Notes: generated by a model from the letters alone, not told the origin. A DNA stretch of 64,000 bases from Eledone cirrhosa (GCA_964016885.1 OZ024742.1:320850001-320914000); one strand, 5' to 3'; counted from the stretch's first letter, positions 27,742 through 43,924 are shown. A program made the numbers and translations.

Positions 27742-28399
27742 AAGTATGACCCCAACGGCAGAGCTCAAGCCGTTTCGGCGGCTATTTCTGGACTAAAGTA
27801 AGAGTTTTTTATATATATAAATATATCGAAGTATCATGAACGCCATTGAAATATGTATCACAGTTTTATGAATAAAGGAATTTTAAACATTTATATCGAA
27901 TTTGGCAATTATCCTTATTGTGTGTTTATATATATATATATATATAAAAACGTGTGTGTATATATGTTTGAGTCATGAGTTTGTCCGGTAAACGCATTAT
28001 ACATACACTGAATTAAGGACTCATATACTGTATACCGGGTCAATACAAGGTTTGTTATTAGTTGTTTCTACTTTATGATGTTTCTACTTTTGGCACAAGG
28101 TCGGCAATTACTTCAGTGGTGCTTTATTTTATCGACCTTGTAAGGATGAAAGGCAAAGTTAACTTCAGCGGATTTGGACTCATAACGTAAAGGGCCATAT
28201 ATGTATGCTGCAAAGCATGGTGTTTGACGCTCTACCGGTACCGCCGGTGATTGTTTTGATGAAGACACTAATGTCAGCGAAACTGTAGTTTTTGTCAGTG
28301 AGAGTGACAAGGGATGCCGGCGCAAATCAGAATGAGTAAATACCACAAGGTAATCGTCCTGGATTTCTCACCCCTTTTAATTTACGAAAGATACTCACA

Positions 28400-30512
28400 T
28401 ACATGGTAGGGCTGGTAGTGATGATTATATTGTTTGTGTTGTTGTTAGTGGTGGTAGTTGTGCTGGTGGTGGTGGCGGCAGTGGTCCTGGTGTTGTTGGC
28501 CGTTGGGATGATGGTGATGGTGATGGTATTGTTGTTGTTGTTGGTTGAGGTGTTGATGATGGTGGTGGTGGTGGTGGCGATTAGGTTCTTTGGTTGTGGT
28601 GGTGGTAATGGAGGTAGTCGTTGTAATTTTGTTGGTGGTGTGGTAGTTTTGTTGGTGGTGACAGTTATATTATTGATTGTGGTAGTTGTGGTGATTGGTA
28701 GTGTTGGTGATGATGCTGGTGATGGTTGGGGTAATGGTGATGATTGTGGCGGCGGTGAATGTAGTAGTGGTGATGGTGGGGGTAATGGTTTGGTAGTGGT
28801 AGCAATGGTGGTGATGGTGGTGGTGGTGGTGGTGGTGGTAGATGTTCTGGCATTAGTCATGTTATAGATGGTAATGGTGTTGCTGATGATCATGGTAGTC
28901 GTGGGTGTTTGTAATGGCAGGGTTAGTAGTAGTGGTTGTAGTTGTGGTGGTGGGGGCGGTGTTGGTGGTGGTGATGGTGGCGTACATGTTGTGGTGGTGG
29001 GGTGGAGGTGAGGAGGAAAGTGTAACAATGATAATAAATAATGTAGAAAATATTTACATATTTAAATGTCACCATCATATAATGCAACAGCAACAACAAC
29101 AACAACAGTAAAACAACAACAACAACAACAACAACAGTAACAACAACAGTAACAACAACAACAACAACAACAACAACAGTAACAACAACAACAACAGCAA
29201 CAACAACAGTAACAACAACAACAACAGCAACAACAACAGTAACAACAACAACAACAACAACAACAGTAACAACAACAACAGCAACAACAACAGTAACAAC
29301 AACAACAACAGCAACAACAACAGTAACAACAGCAACAACAGTAAAAACAGTAACAACAACAACAACAACAGTAACAACAGCAACAACAACAGTAACAACA
29401 GTAACAACAGTAACAACAGTAACAACAACAGCAACAACAACAACAGTAACAGCAGCAACAACAACAACAACAACAACAGCAACAAAAGCAACAACAACAG
29501 TAACAACAACAGCAACCACAGTAACAGCAGCAACAACAACAACAGTAACAACAACAGTAACAACAGTAACAACAGCAACAACAACAACAGTAACAACAAC
29601 AACAGTAACAACAGTAACAACAGCAACAACAACAACAGCAACAACAACAACAGTAACAACAGTAACAACAGCAACCACAGTAACAACAGCAACAACAACA
29701 ACAGTAACAACAACAACAGTAACAACAGTAACAACAGCAACAACAACAACAGCAACAACAGTAACAACAGTAACAACAGCAACAACAACAACAGCAACAA
29801 CAACAACAGTAACAACAGTAACAACAACAGTAACAACAACAACAGTAACAACAGTAACAACAGTAACAACAACAGTAACAACAACAGTAACAACAACAGT
29901 AACAACAGCAACAACAACAACAGTAACAACAGTAACAACAGCAACCACAGTAACAACAGCAACAACAACAACAGTAACAACAACAACAGTAACAACAGTA
30001 ACAACAGCAACAACAACAACAGCAACAACAGTAACAACAGTAACAACAGCAACAACAACAACAGCAACAACAGTAACAACAGTAACAACAGCAACAACAA
30101 CAGTAACAACAACAGTAACAACAACAGTAACAACAGCAACAACAGTAACAACAGTAACAACAGTAACAACAGCAACAACAACAACAACAACAACAACAGC
30201 AACAACAACAGCAACAGCAACAACAACAACAACAACAGCTACAACAACAACAGCAACAACAACAGCAACAGCAGCAACAACAACAACAACAGCAGCAACA
30301 GCAACAGCAACAACAACAACAACAACAACAACTACAACAATAACAACAGCAACAGCAACAACAGCAACAACAACAACAACAGTAACAACAACAACAACAG
30401 TAACAACAACAACAACAACAACAGTAACAACAACAACAGCAACAACAGCAACAACAGCAACAACAACAACAGCAACAACAGCAACAACAGTAACAACAAC
30501 AGCAACAACAGT

Positions 30513-30543
<31 letters not shown>

Positions 30544-30674
30544 GCATCATTAGCAACAGCAACAACAACAACATCAGTAACAACAACAACAACAACCACC
30601 ACCACCACCACCACCACCACCACCAATACATCAAAAGCAATAGCATTGCTATTAGCAAGCGGAACAACATAAAT

Positions 30675-30751
<77 letters not shown>

Positions 30752-30930
30752 ATGCTTCGACTGCTGCTACTGCTGCTGCTGTAATTACAAAGAAACAATA
30801 ACAAAAGCCAAAAGCAACTGCAGCAACATCAGCAGTGGTAATAATAACCTAAAACAACATCATCAGCAGCAGTAACACCACCACCACCACCACCAACAGT
30901 AACAACAACAACAACAATAGTAACAAGAGA
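28400..30930. repeat. Compound trinucleotide array: degenerate (GGT/GTT)n, then ~1.5 kb of (CAA/CAG/TAA)n, then (CAC), (TAC), (TGC), (TGA)
   Basis: Read directly. The poly-V, poly-L and poly-T ORFs are artefacts of it. Confidence 0.95.
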
Positions 30931-31447
30931 AGTAACAATTATCATAATTACTGCTGCGACGGCGGCAATAATATTTGTACGTAGAAACAGGTGTGTGTAT
31001 GTGTGTTTGTTTGTGTACATGTGTGAGTATGTATGTGTGTACTGTACGTGCATGTGTGCATGTATGCTCGTGTGTGTTTTTTTTGTGTGTGCATGTGTGT
31101 ATGCATATGTGTGGGTATGTGCATGTGTGTTTGTGCGTGTATGTGTGTGCGTATGTGTATGTGCGCATGTGCGTGTGTGTGTGCATGTGTTCCTACGTGT
31201 GTGTGCGCGTATGTGTGTATGTATGTGTGTGTATCGATGCAGACATAGCCAAGATTTTATAAAATTTTCTTCGTATTCATAAAGACCTCGGGTTCGATAC
31301 TGCTGCGTGCTATCTTTGTCAAAGTCTTTTACCGTGGACACGTTTTGAATCATTTTGTTTTCTTTTGATTGATAGAAACTTTGTGGAAGTCCGTCAAATT
31401 ATAATTTAACGAAGAGACGGTTCTGGAAGTCCGTCACACGGATTGTA

Positions 31448-34400
31448 GGCGGCGAATTGGCAGAGTCATTAGAACGTCAGATAGAATGGCAGAGTCATTA
31501 GAACGTCAGATAGAATGGCAGAATCATTAGAACGTCAGATAGAATGGCAGAGTCATTAGAACGTCAGATAGAATGGCAGAGTCATTAGAACGTCAGATAG
31601 AATGGCAGAGTCATTAGAACGTCGGATAGAATGGCAGAGTCATTAGAACATCAGATAGAATGGCAGAGTCATTAGAACGTCGGATAGAATGGCAGAGTCA
31701 TTAGAACGTCAGATAGAATGGCAGAGTCATTAGAACGTCGGATAGAATGGCAGAGTCATTAGAACGTCGGATAGAATGGCAGAGTCATTAGAACGTCGGA
31801 TAGAATGGCAGAGTCATTAGAACGTCAGATAGAATGGCAGAGTCATTAGAACGTCGGATAGAATGGCAGAGTCATTAGAACGTCTGATAGAATGGCAGAG
31901 TCATTAGAACGTCAGATAGAATGGCAGAGTCATTAGAACGTCGGATAGAATGGCAGAGTCATTAGAACGTCGGATAGAATGGCAGAGTCATTAGAACGTC
32001 GGATAGAATGGCAGAGTCATTAGAACGTCGGATAGAATGGCAGAGTCATTAGAACGTCGGATAGAATGGTAGAGTGGTTAGAACGTCGGATAGAATGGCA
32101 GAGTCATTAGAACGTCAGATAGAATGGCAGAGTCATTAGAACGTCAGATAGAATGGCAGAGTCATTAGAACGTCGGATAGAATGGCAGAGTCATTAGAAC
32201 GTCGGATAGAATGGTAGAGTGGTTAGAACGCCTGATAGAATGGCAGAGTCATTAGAACGTCGGATAGAATGGCAGAGTCATTAGAACGTCAGATAGAATG
32301 GCAGAGTCATTAGAACGTCGGATAGAATGGCAGAGTCATTAGAACGTCGGATAGAATGGCAGAGTCATTAGAACGTCAGATAGAATGGCAGAGTCATTAG
32401 AACGTCGGATAGAATGGCAGAGTCATTAGAACGTCGGATAGAATGGCAGAGTCATTAGAACGTCGGATAGAATGGCAGAGTCATTAGAACGTCAGATAGA
32501 ATGGCAGAGTCATTAGAACGTCGGATAGAATGGCAGAGTCATTAGAACGTCAGATAGAATGGCAGAGTCATTAGAACGTCGGATAGAATGGCAGAGTCAT
32601 TAGAACGTCGGATAGAATGGCAGAGTCATTAGAACGTCAGATAGAATGGCAGAGTCATTAGAACGTCGGATAGAATGGCAGAGTCATTAGAACGTCAGAT
32701 AGAATGGCAGAGTCATTAGAACGTCGGATAGAATGGCAGAGTCATTAGAACGTCGGATAGAATGGCAGAGTCATTAGAACGTCGGATAGAATGGCAGAGT
32801 CATTAGAACGTCGGATAGAATGGCAGAGTCATTAGAACGTCGGATAGAATGGCAGAGTCATTAGAACGTCAGATAGAATGGCAGAGTCATTAGAACGTCG
32901 GATAGAATGGCAGAGTCATTAGAACGTCAGATAGAATGGCAGAGTCATTAGAACGTCGGATAGAATGGCAGAGTCATTAGAACGTCGGATAGAATGGCAG
33001 AGTCATTAGAACGTCAGATAGAATGGCAGAGTCATTAGAACGTCGGATAGAATGGCAGAGTCATTAGAACGTCAGATAGAATGGCAGAGTCATTAGAACG
33101 TCGGATAGAATGGCAGAGTCATTAGAACGTCGGATAGAATGGCAGAGTCATTAGAACGTCGGATAGAATGGCAGAGTCATTAGAACGTCAGATAGAATGG
33201 CAGAGTCATTAGAACGTCGGATAGAATGGCAGAGTCATTAGAACGTCTGATAGAATGGCAGAGTCATTAGAACGTCAGATAGAATGGCAGAGTCATTAGA
33301 ACGTCGGATAGAATGGCAGAGTCATTAGAACGTCGGATAGAATGGCAGAGTCATTAGAACGTCGGATAGAATGGCAGAGTCATTAGAACGTCGGATAGAA
33401 TGGCAGAGTCATTAGAACGTCGGATAGAATGGTAGAGTGGTTAGAACGTCGGATAGAATGGCAGAGTCATTAGAACGTCAGATAGAATGGCAGAGTCATT
33501 AGAACGTCAGATAGAATGGCAGAGTCATTAGAACGTCGGATAGAATGGCAGAGTCATTAGAACGTCGGATAGAATGGTAGAGTGGTTAGAACGCCTGATA
33601 GAATGGCAGAGTCATTAGAACGTCGGATAGAATGGCAGAGTCATTAGAACGTCAGATAGAATGGCAGAGTCATTAGAACGTCGGATAGAATGGCAGAGTC
33701 ATTAGAACGTCGGATAGAATGGCAGAGTCATTAGAACGTCAGATAGAATGGCAGAGTCATTAGAACGTCGGATAGAATGGCAGAGTCATTAGAACGTCGG
33801 ATAGAATGGCAGAGTCATTAGAACGTCGGATAGAATGGCAGAGTCATTAGAACGTCAGATAGAATGGCAGAGTCATTAGAACGTCGGATAGAATGGCAGA
33901 GTCATTAGAACGTCAGATAGAATGGCAGAGTCATTAGAACGTCGGATAGAATGGCAGAGTCATTAGAACGTCGGATAGAATGGCAGAGTCATTAGAACGT
34001 CAGATAGAATGGCAGAGTCATTAGAACGTCGGATAGAATGGCAGAGTCATTAGAACGTCAGATAGAATGGCAGAGTCATTAGAACGTCGGATAGAATGGC
34101 AGAGTCATTAGAACGTCGGATAGAATGGCAGAGTCATTAGAACGTCGGATAGAATGGCAGAGTCATTAGAACGTCGGATAGAATGGCAGAGTCATTAGAA
34201 CGTCGGATAGAATGGCAGAGTCATTAGAACGTCAGATAGAATGGCAGAGTCATTAGAACGTCGGATAGAATGGCAGAGTCATTAGAACGTCAGATAGAAT
34301 GGCAGAGTCATTAGAACGTCGGATAGAATGGCAGAGTCATTAGAACGTCGGATAGAATGGCAGAGTCATTAGAACGTCAGATAGAATGGCAGAGTCATTA

Positions 34401-36465
34401 GAACGTCGGATAGAATGGCAGAGTCATTAGAACGTCAGATAGAATGGCAGAGTCATTAGAACGTCGGATAGAATGGCAGAGTCATTAGAACGTCGGATAG
34501 AATGGCAGAGTCATTAGAACGTCAGATAGAATGGCAGAGTCATTAGAACGTCGGATAGAATGGCAGAGTCATTAGAACGTCGGATAGAATGGCAGAGTCA
34601 TTAGAACGTCGGATAGAATGGCAGAGTCATTAGAACGTCAGATAGAATGGCAGAGTCATTAGAACGTCGGATAGAATGGCAGAGTCATTAGAACGTCAGA
34701 TAGAATGACAGAGTCATTAGAACGTCAGATAGAATGGCAGAGTCATTAGAACGTCGGATAGAATGGCAGAGTCATTAGAACGTCAGATAGAATGGCAGAG
34801 TCATTAGAACGTCAGATAGAATGGCAGAGTCATTAGAACGTCGGATAGAATGGCAGAGTCATTAGAACGTCGGATAGAATGGTAGAGTGGTTAGAACGCC
34901 TGATAGAATGGCAGAGTCATTAGAACGTCGGATAGAATGGCATAGTCATTAGAACGTCAGATAGAATGGCAGAGTCATTAGAACGTCGGATAGAATGGCA
35001 GAGTCGTTAGAACGTCAGATAGAATGGCAGAGTCATTAGAACGTCAGATAGAATGGCAGAGTCATTAGAACGTCGGATAGAATGGCAGAGTCGTTAGAAC
35101 GTCAGATAGAATGGCAGAGTCGTTAGAACGTCGGATAGAATGGCAGAGTCATTAGAACGTCAGATAGAATGGCAGAGTCATTAGAACGTCAGATAGAATG
35201 GCAGAGTCATTAGAACGTCAGATAGAATGGCAGAGTCGTTAGAACGTCGGATAGAATGGCAGAGTCATTAGAACGTCAGATAGAATGGCAGAGTCATTAG
35301 AACGTCGGATAGAATGGCAGAGTCATTAGAACGTCAGATAGAATGGCAGAGTCATTAGAACGTCAGATAGAATGGCAGAGTCGTTAGAACGTCGGATAGA
35401 ATGGCAGAGTCATTAGAACGTCAGATAGAATGGCAGAGTCATTAGAACGTCGGATAGAATGGCAGAGTCATTAGAACGTCGGATAGAATGGCAGAGTCAT
35501 TAGAACGTCAGATAGAATGGCAGAGTCATTAGAACGTCGGATAGAATGGCAGAGTCATTAGAACGTCAGATAGAATGGCAGAGTCATTAGAACGTCAGAT
35601 AGAATGGCAGAGTCATTAGAACGTCGGATAGAATGGCAGAGTCATTAGAACGTCGGATAGAATGGTAGAGTGGTTAGAACGCCTGATAGAATGGCAGAGT
35701 CATTAGAACGTCGGATAGAATGGCAGAGTTTATTAGAACGTCAGATAGAATGGCAGAGTCATTAGAACGTCAGATAGAATGGCAGAGTCATTAGAACGTC
35801 AGATAGAATGGCAGAGTCGTTAGAACGTCAGATAGAATGGCAGAGTCGTTAGAACGTCGGATAGAATGGCAGAGTCATTAGAACGTCAGATAGAATGGCA
35901 GAGTCGTTAGAACGTCGGATAGAATGGCAGAGTCGTTAGAACGTCAGATAGAATGGCAGAGTCGTTAGAACATCAGATAGAATGGCAGAGTCATTAGAAC
36001 GTCGGATAGAATGGCAGAGTCGTTAGAACGTCAGATAGAATGGCAGAGTCATTATAACGTCAGATAGAATGGCAGAGTCATTAGAACGTCAGATAGAATG
36101 GCAGAGTCGTTAGAACGTCAGATAGAATGGCAGAGTCATTAGAACGTCAGATAGAATGGCAGAGTCGTTAGAACGTCGGATAGAATGGCAGAGTCATTAG
36201 AACGTCAGATAGAATGGCAGAGTCATTAGAACGTCAGATAGAATGGCAGAGTCGTTAGAACGTCAGATAGAATGGCAGAGTCATTAGAACGTCAGATAGA
36301 ATGGCAGAGTCATTAGAACGTCGGATAGAATGGCAGAGTCATTAGAACATCGGATAGAATGCTTTATGGTATTCGTTCTGACTCTCTGCTCTCTGAGATC
36401 AAACCCAGCCGAGGTCAACTTTGCCTTTCATCCTTTTGAGGTCGATAAAAAAAGTACCAATCTGG
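31448..36465 (+). mobile_element. tRNA-derived SINE whose head contains the expanded satellite
   Basis: Starts GGCGGCGAATTGGCAGAGTC. After the array it continues GCTTT..TCTGAGATCAAACCC.GCCGAGGTCAACTTTGCCTTTCATCCTT..GAGGTCGATAAAA..GTACCA, as in the 20845 copy. Confidence 0.88.
31458..36360. repeat. 29-bp satellite TGGCAGAGTCATTAGAACGTC(G/A)GATAGAA, about 169 units
   Basis: Unit read directly. A 1363-bp (47-mer) higher-order duplication is marked by variants at 31881/33244 and 32068/33431. Confidence 0.98.
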
Positions 36466-37400
36466 AGTGGATTCTTCCTCTATATCTCTTTCTCATTTCC
36501 TCTCTCTTACTTTCTATCTTTCTCTGGAAGAAATCCGCTGTACTAATCCTGGAGAGGGATGGGTTCGGCCAGGCTTAAAATGTCCAAAAAACGCCGTATG
36601 TCGATACGGAGCCTCTACGACTCTATCAGGAGTTACAGGACCATACATACATACAAATGGATTGTACTTGTAATTCAAAGATGCACGCTTGTCACATATT
36701 GTATAACACTGTTACTGTCTGAGAACTATGTTAACGGTATATGTCTATGTGAAATACTCAACCACTTACACTATAACTTAACGGGGAGGCCGTTCACTAG
36801 ATCAAAATCGACGGAAGACCTATCATATGCATATAAATAAACGTTCGATGTGTACACGCGAAGATACACATATATTATTACATTTCACGATATTTGTTTT
36901 CAAATTCATGTATCACGGGAGATTAACAGTATTTTTAGAATATTCTATCCATTTCCTTAACAGAGCTGTGATTAAGCGAGCGGACTTAACTTGCATCTTC
37001 GCCTGAATGCAGACTGAATACTCACTGCGTCGACGTCAACGTGATTTACGTTCGGCCAAGAATTACTGAGCATCTCTCGCACACCATTTTAAAACGCCCG
37101 CACCCGGCTACGACCTGACGAAATAGAGGCAGCGAAAGGCACCCGAAACCTGATGTGACGTCACCGTTCCCTCGCTTCCGACAAAACCTTGCCCATACTT
37201 CCGGCAATCCTTTACGGCAGACCCACAAAAGCTATGAATATACTGTAACTTCCAGAATATTTCAGATTCTTGACTCAGATTCATTAATCAAAATCCGGTG
37301 ACTCTGCAAGTTAGCCAAAACGAATGGGGACTATCAGTTGGGACTTTATCGTATTTTTATATCGACTCTGCACCATAACATGGTTCTCATCGAACGCATT

Positions 37401-37435
<35 letters not shown>

Positions 37436-37546
37436 TGTATATATACAAATGTGTGTGTGTGTGTGTGAGAAGAAGCAAAGCGTATGTCTACTCTTTTATA
37501 ATAAATATTGAGATTACTAGATCGGAAGTCAATAATATCTTCTTCT

Positions 37547-38420
37547 TCTTCTTCTTCTTCTTCTTCTTCTTCTTCTTCTTCTTCTTCTTCTTCTTCTTCT
37601 TCTTCTTCTTCTTCTTCTTCTTCTTTTTCTCCTTCTTCCTTGAAGAGTCGTGAGAGCAGAGTCCTCAAACACTCATTCCAGCGTGTCCTGTCAGAAGCCA
37701 CCATCTCACTTTGATTCGGCTGGATCCCTAAATGTGATCAGCCGAACTCATGGATGTTATCCAACAATCTTGCTCGGGTGTCTACCCCTGGGTCTCTTGC
37801 CAGGTCTGAGAAAAGTACCAGATTGGTGACTGGCGCAAATAAGACCACCAAAAACACTGCAATATGGGAAGACACAACAAAGGCAGTCATACCGCATCGT
37901 CCTTTGTGGGTCGACAAGGGACGCGTTCAGACCTTAGGTTGAGCGGCCTGTTCGAAAAATATATTGCAGTCTCCATCTCATACTGTAAAACCTGGTGATG
38001 AGCCAGTGACATGTCTTGGGTAGCGTGGAATGGACGCACAAAAATTACATATCCCAAACCCCAAAGCGGGTTCAGAAGGGAGCAAAACTTAACAATTGGA
38101 ACCTGGAACATCACAACCCTTACAAGTACAGAACTAGTGGAGGAGGCTAGATGCTACCGGCTAGATATAGTCGGAGTTTCCTCAACAAAGTTCAGTGGCT
38201 CTGGTATTGTACATTTGGATGGAGGATGGAAACTCCACTATTCAGGTGTGGCGCCAGAAATTACTGCACAGGTGGGAATGGTGGTACTCACAAGCCACTG
38301 GATGTCAGAATGTGTTTTGGACTGGATCCCATTAGGAGGGAGGATTTGCCTCTTGAAACTTTGGCTGAAAACTAGGTCTCTGTGAGTAGTGGAAGTTTAT
38401 ACCACAAACATAGTCTGAAT
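37547..38420. mobile_element. RTE LINE pieces: 3' end with (GAA)n tail on minus (37547-37760) and APE N-terminus on plus (38011-38420)
   Basis: LTIGTWNITTL, RLDIVGVSSTK, GWKLHYSGV; ASDRTRW followed by a (GAA)n tail. Confidence 0.8.
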
Positions 38421-38541
38421 ACAGACCTTAAAATTGATGAAGTAAAAAAAAAATTTAAAAAAAATTATTTACCCTACATATGATAGTGCTCAGCCTTTTG
38501 ATATTTCATGAAGTCACTGCAGTGTTAGATGTAGTTAAGAT

Positions 38542-38585
<44 letters not shown>

Positions 38586-38631
38586 GTATTATGTATGCAT
38601 GTATGTATGTGTGTGCGTATGTGTGCTTGCT

Positions 38632-38738
<107 letters not shown>

Positions 38739-39070
38739 GTGTATTGAGCTTCAGTTCAAAATATTTCATTAATAATCATTTGCTCATAGAATCGTAATAT
38801 GTTGATCTCTGAAATTGATCTTAGAGTCGAGCTGATTGTAACAGATTAAAGCTCCTAGCTGATCATCTAGGAAACACGCATTACACGTGAATAAAATGTA
38901 TTCAACTGAAACTTCTATCTCTTTTTCAATAGAAATACTCTGCCTATTGCACCAATAACAAACAGATGTCTCTGCTAATCCACACAATTTAACAGAGAAT
39001 ATGCAATTCAGGTAAATGTATTGAAATGTATTGAATTGTGAAACAGATACCACCCGTATTAATTAGTCAG

Positions 39071-39125
<55 letters not shown>

Positions 39126-39270
39126 GTGTGTGTGTGGACACCACCAGAAGGCGGTAGACCCGGTGTTTTGCTTTCTAAATGTTTATCCAACATAGCTTAT
39201 TTCTTTAGAAATACAAAATTTCAATACTTATCTGTATACAGCTATGCATGAAGCTGAATCCTAATTCTCT

Positions 39271-39432
<162 letters not shown>

Positions 39433-39971
39433 TTGTGTGTTTGTGTGTGTGTGTGTGTCTGTGGTAGCTAAGATGCTTCCATAGGCGGTATGCCGGTTGA
39501 GCACTCTATGCTCTTACAGAGCAGAGTATGATAGAATAGAAAACGAAAAATCAGTGATGCATCTGAACTCAATTTATTGTGTGTTACAATTGTTTCGCCG
39601 GCGGACAGCTCGAGACGCGATCATTGTGTGGTTCTGTCTGATTCTGGACCCGCAGGTTCGACGGACACGTCTAATGATTTCGGAGCATATTCTCTCACAG
39701 AATTATATATATATATATATGAAATATCTATGATCGTCGGCAAATCACTGATGAGGAACTTATTTTATTACATGTTATCCATGTGCTACCAGCAGTATTT
39801 TTCTCCCCATTTTATCATATATATATATATATATATATATGAAAAGTATAGAAATTGTGAGCGTGAAGCCAACAGTATTTCATAATATATAAGTGACTAT
39901 ACGTCAAAATGATTTTGGTTTCTCAACGTGATATATAAAAAATATTGTTTATATATCCTTTATATATATAT

Positions 39972-40204
<233 letters not shown>

Positions 40205-41843
40205 GATATATAAAAAAATATTTTTCATATATCACGTTGAGAAACCAAAACTAGAATTGTATACATATATATATATGGAACAACAAATAATAAATGTACT
40301 CACTATATATATGTATATTAATGTATATGTATGTATGTATGTTCTTCTGGTTTTATAATTTCACAAAGTTTTACCAATAAAGCGAGAGTCGGTTTTTAAC
40401 ATAGACACAGGACTCTCTCATTGGAATTTACACAACATCAACTAGGTAGATATGTAAGTATGCATGCATGTGTAGATATGGATGTTATTGTATGTGTGGA
40501 TGTGTATGTTTTGAGTTGTATGTGTGCATGCTTTGCATCTGTACATATGTATATGCAGTTATTAGATGCAACATTTTTGGAATGTTTTACGTATTTTTAC
40601 TGTTCCATTAATGGATTGTACTTGTAATTTTCTATGTATGTATGCATGTATGTATATATGCAAGTATACTTGGTGAGGAGGGCGATTTTGGACACCCTGG
40701 AGGACAAAAAACAAAACCTGACAAAGGGCGGAAGAACTCATAAGAGTCAACGGCCATCAAAAGTGTGTAAATATGTATATACACATGTACATATGTATGT
40801 ATATGCGCGGGCACATAGAAATAGTCGGGCTGGACACCTGATCGCGCGGTTAAACCACTGTGAGGGAAGGACTCCTAGCCTTTGTCAGGGTATTCTTCTA
40901 GGAGAAGGCAACTCAGGAAACTGAGATAACTCCGATATAAAACCTGCGGCTCAGTAGTTACCAATGATGTTGATCTTTTCTTCTTTTCGGGTCATAGCTA
41001 CTGTCGCTCAGAGAGTGGGATTGGCTCAGTGCACAGTCTTTCCTCACTTTAAAAAATAACTTCACGCACAGGCATTGCACGATAGAATTAATTAATAATT
41101 ATTAATAATGGCATATCGTGCAATGGGCATACTTGATAACGAGGAGGCAGTCACCATGTATGTATGTATGTATGTATGTATGTATGTATGTATGTATGTA
41201 TGTATGTATGTATGTATGTATGTATGTATGTAGAGAGATGACCCCTTAGCCTTTGTCAAGGCAGAATTCTAGGAGAAGGAAAACTCTGATATAACACCTG
41301 CAACCCTGATGGTATCCAATGATGTTGACTTGTTCTTCTTTTTGGTAAATATCATCTTCGTTAAGAGAGTGGGACTGGCTTTGTGCAGTGCCTTTGCTCA
41401 CTATAAAAGCTTCACGGCACAGGCATTGCTTTATATCTGGAGATCTCTCTGCACTTGTCGTCACATGGTACCATGGGCCCAGCACTATGTGTCAATAATT
41501 GTCACAAGTGTAGTGTTTGTACCAGAGTTTTCCAGTCACTGGCTGGAGTAAAGAGTCACACTCGTTCAGCGCATCGGTAGGGGTTCTCCTACATGGATAT
41601 ACTGTAGTGGCCGTACTCGAAAACGAGTGGCAGCCGCCATGTATGTATGTATGTATTAATATATAGATAAAAGTGAGCAAGCTGGAACTTTCAAGTAATT
41701 GAACTGTCTGTTTACTACTCTTTATAATATAATCTTTATTCTACCTATATGTATTGAGTATTCATTCTATTAAAGTTGTAATATCTTAAATACTACGGTA
41801 TTTTAAACATCAATTCTAATATACCCGCCCATCCACACGCATA

Positions 41844-41910
<67 letters not shown>

Positions 41911-41944
41911 GGTACGGCTGATACTTAAATATAAGCATGTATAC

Positions 41945-42041
<97 letters not shown>

Positions 42042-42269
42042 TACGGCTGATACTTAAATATAAGCATGTATACGTACATACATATATGTATGCAGACGTA
42101 CAGTAGTATGTATATACATACATACATGCACACATATATATATATTTGTACGTATTGGTTTACCGAACATTTATTATAATGTTCGGTTTGTTTGTAAACA
42201 AACAGCCCGAATTAAGCCGTACAGTGTTCGGCAACCATCGTTGCCCTTTTGTTCAACACAGACAAAGGA

Positions 42270-42312
42270 ACGATGAATTAGTTTCTAGCTTATTAGCTGT
42301 CATCAGCACCGT
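42270..42312 (-). ncRNA. Hammerhead motif, copy of 11837 (stem III mutated)
   Basis: Minus strand ACGGTG-CTGATGA-C-AGCT-AATA-AGCT-A-GAAA-CTAA-TT-CATCGT. Confidence 0.7.
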
Positions 42313-42382
42313 ATACTTGTTTAACATCCGTATCGTACAATATAAATATTTATACTCTGCTATGTATTGAGTACCTCACTTA

Positions 42383-42461
<79 letters not shown>

Positions 42462-42652
42462 TAAACGGAATAGAAAATGCTGACAAATTGTTCACAGTTG
42501 AAAAATGGTTTAATTAGGAATAAAAGAGTATTAGTGATTGTATGGGTTAGTATTCAGTTGTGGTTTTAAGTTTTTAAGTTTTTACCGGTTGCGCATTTCT
42601 AAATGCTTTTCAAAAATAATTTTGAGATAGAGTGTCCGTGCTGTTTGCTCTG

Positions 42653-42769
<117 letters not shown>

Positions 42770-42960
42770 CAAAGGAATTGTTGTAAGGAACCAAATGGAC
42801 CATAACGCACCAGAGTACTCAATACTTAGGGTAGTAGAGTGGGAATAGGAAAAAGTATGACCCCGACGGCAGAGCTCAAGCCGTTTCGACGGCGGCTATT
42901 TCTGGATAGTCCAGAAATACCCGCCGAAACGGCTTGAGCTCTGCCGTCGGGGTCATTCTT

Positions 42961-43060
<100 letters not shown>

Positions 43061-43497
43061 GCAAAAATACATATATATATATATGTATATATATATATAC
43101 ATCTATATGTATTTATACGTATGTATATATATATAAACATATATATAAACACACTCATACATACACACAAGCTTTATACATACATAGATACATCCATCCA
43201 TACAACAATGAGTACGATACGTATGTTAAATAAACATGTTTCTTGCGGGAGTGTTTGAGTCAATGTTAATGTCCTCCAATATTGACAAGAGGCCATCTTG
43301 ACATTACGGTGTGGGCCAACGAATTAAACAAGGTCCAACATTTATGTCATAAACTAGGAAGAATTATCAACCGATAAGAACAAATAACAATACATATACA
43401 TTTTCATACTGAGCGAATGCAGACGTATATTAAATACTATTGCATATATACATACATATGCATATATGTATATGTACAAACATGTACACACACACAC

Positions 43498-43542
<45 letters not shown>

Positions 43543-43669
43543 ATATATATACACTATATATATATTTACATATATATATGTATATAAACATACCAACACA
43601 AACACATATATGTATGTATGCATTATATATATATATAAATATATATATATATTTATATATATATTTATA

Positions 43670-43734
<65 letters not shown>

Positions 43735-43862
43735 TATATAAACATATATATACACTATATATATATTTACATATATATATGTATATAAACATACCAACAC
43801 AAACACATATATGTATGTATGCATTATATATATATATAAATATATATATATATTTATATATA

Positions 43863-43924
<62 letters not shown>

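Noticed and set aside
28327-30670. Long poly-Val/Leu/Thr ORFs as genes
   Set aside because: Translations of trinucleotide repeats with no domain or splice support.
31458-36360. CRISPR array (29-bp repeat length)
   Set aside because: No spacers; the unit derives from a SINE head.
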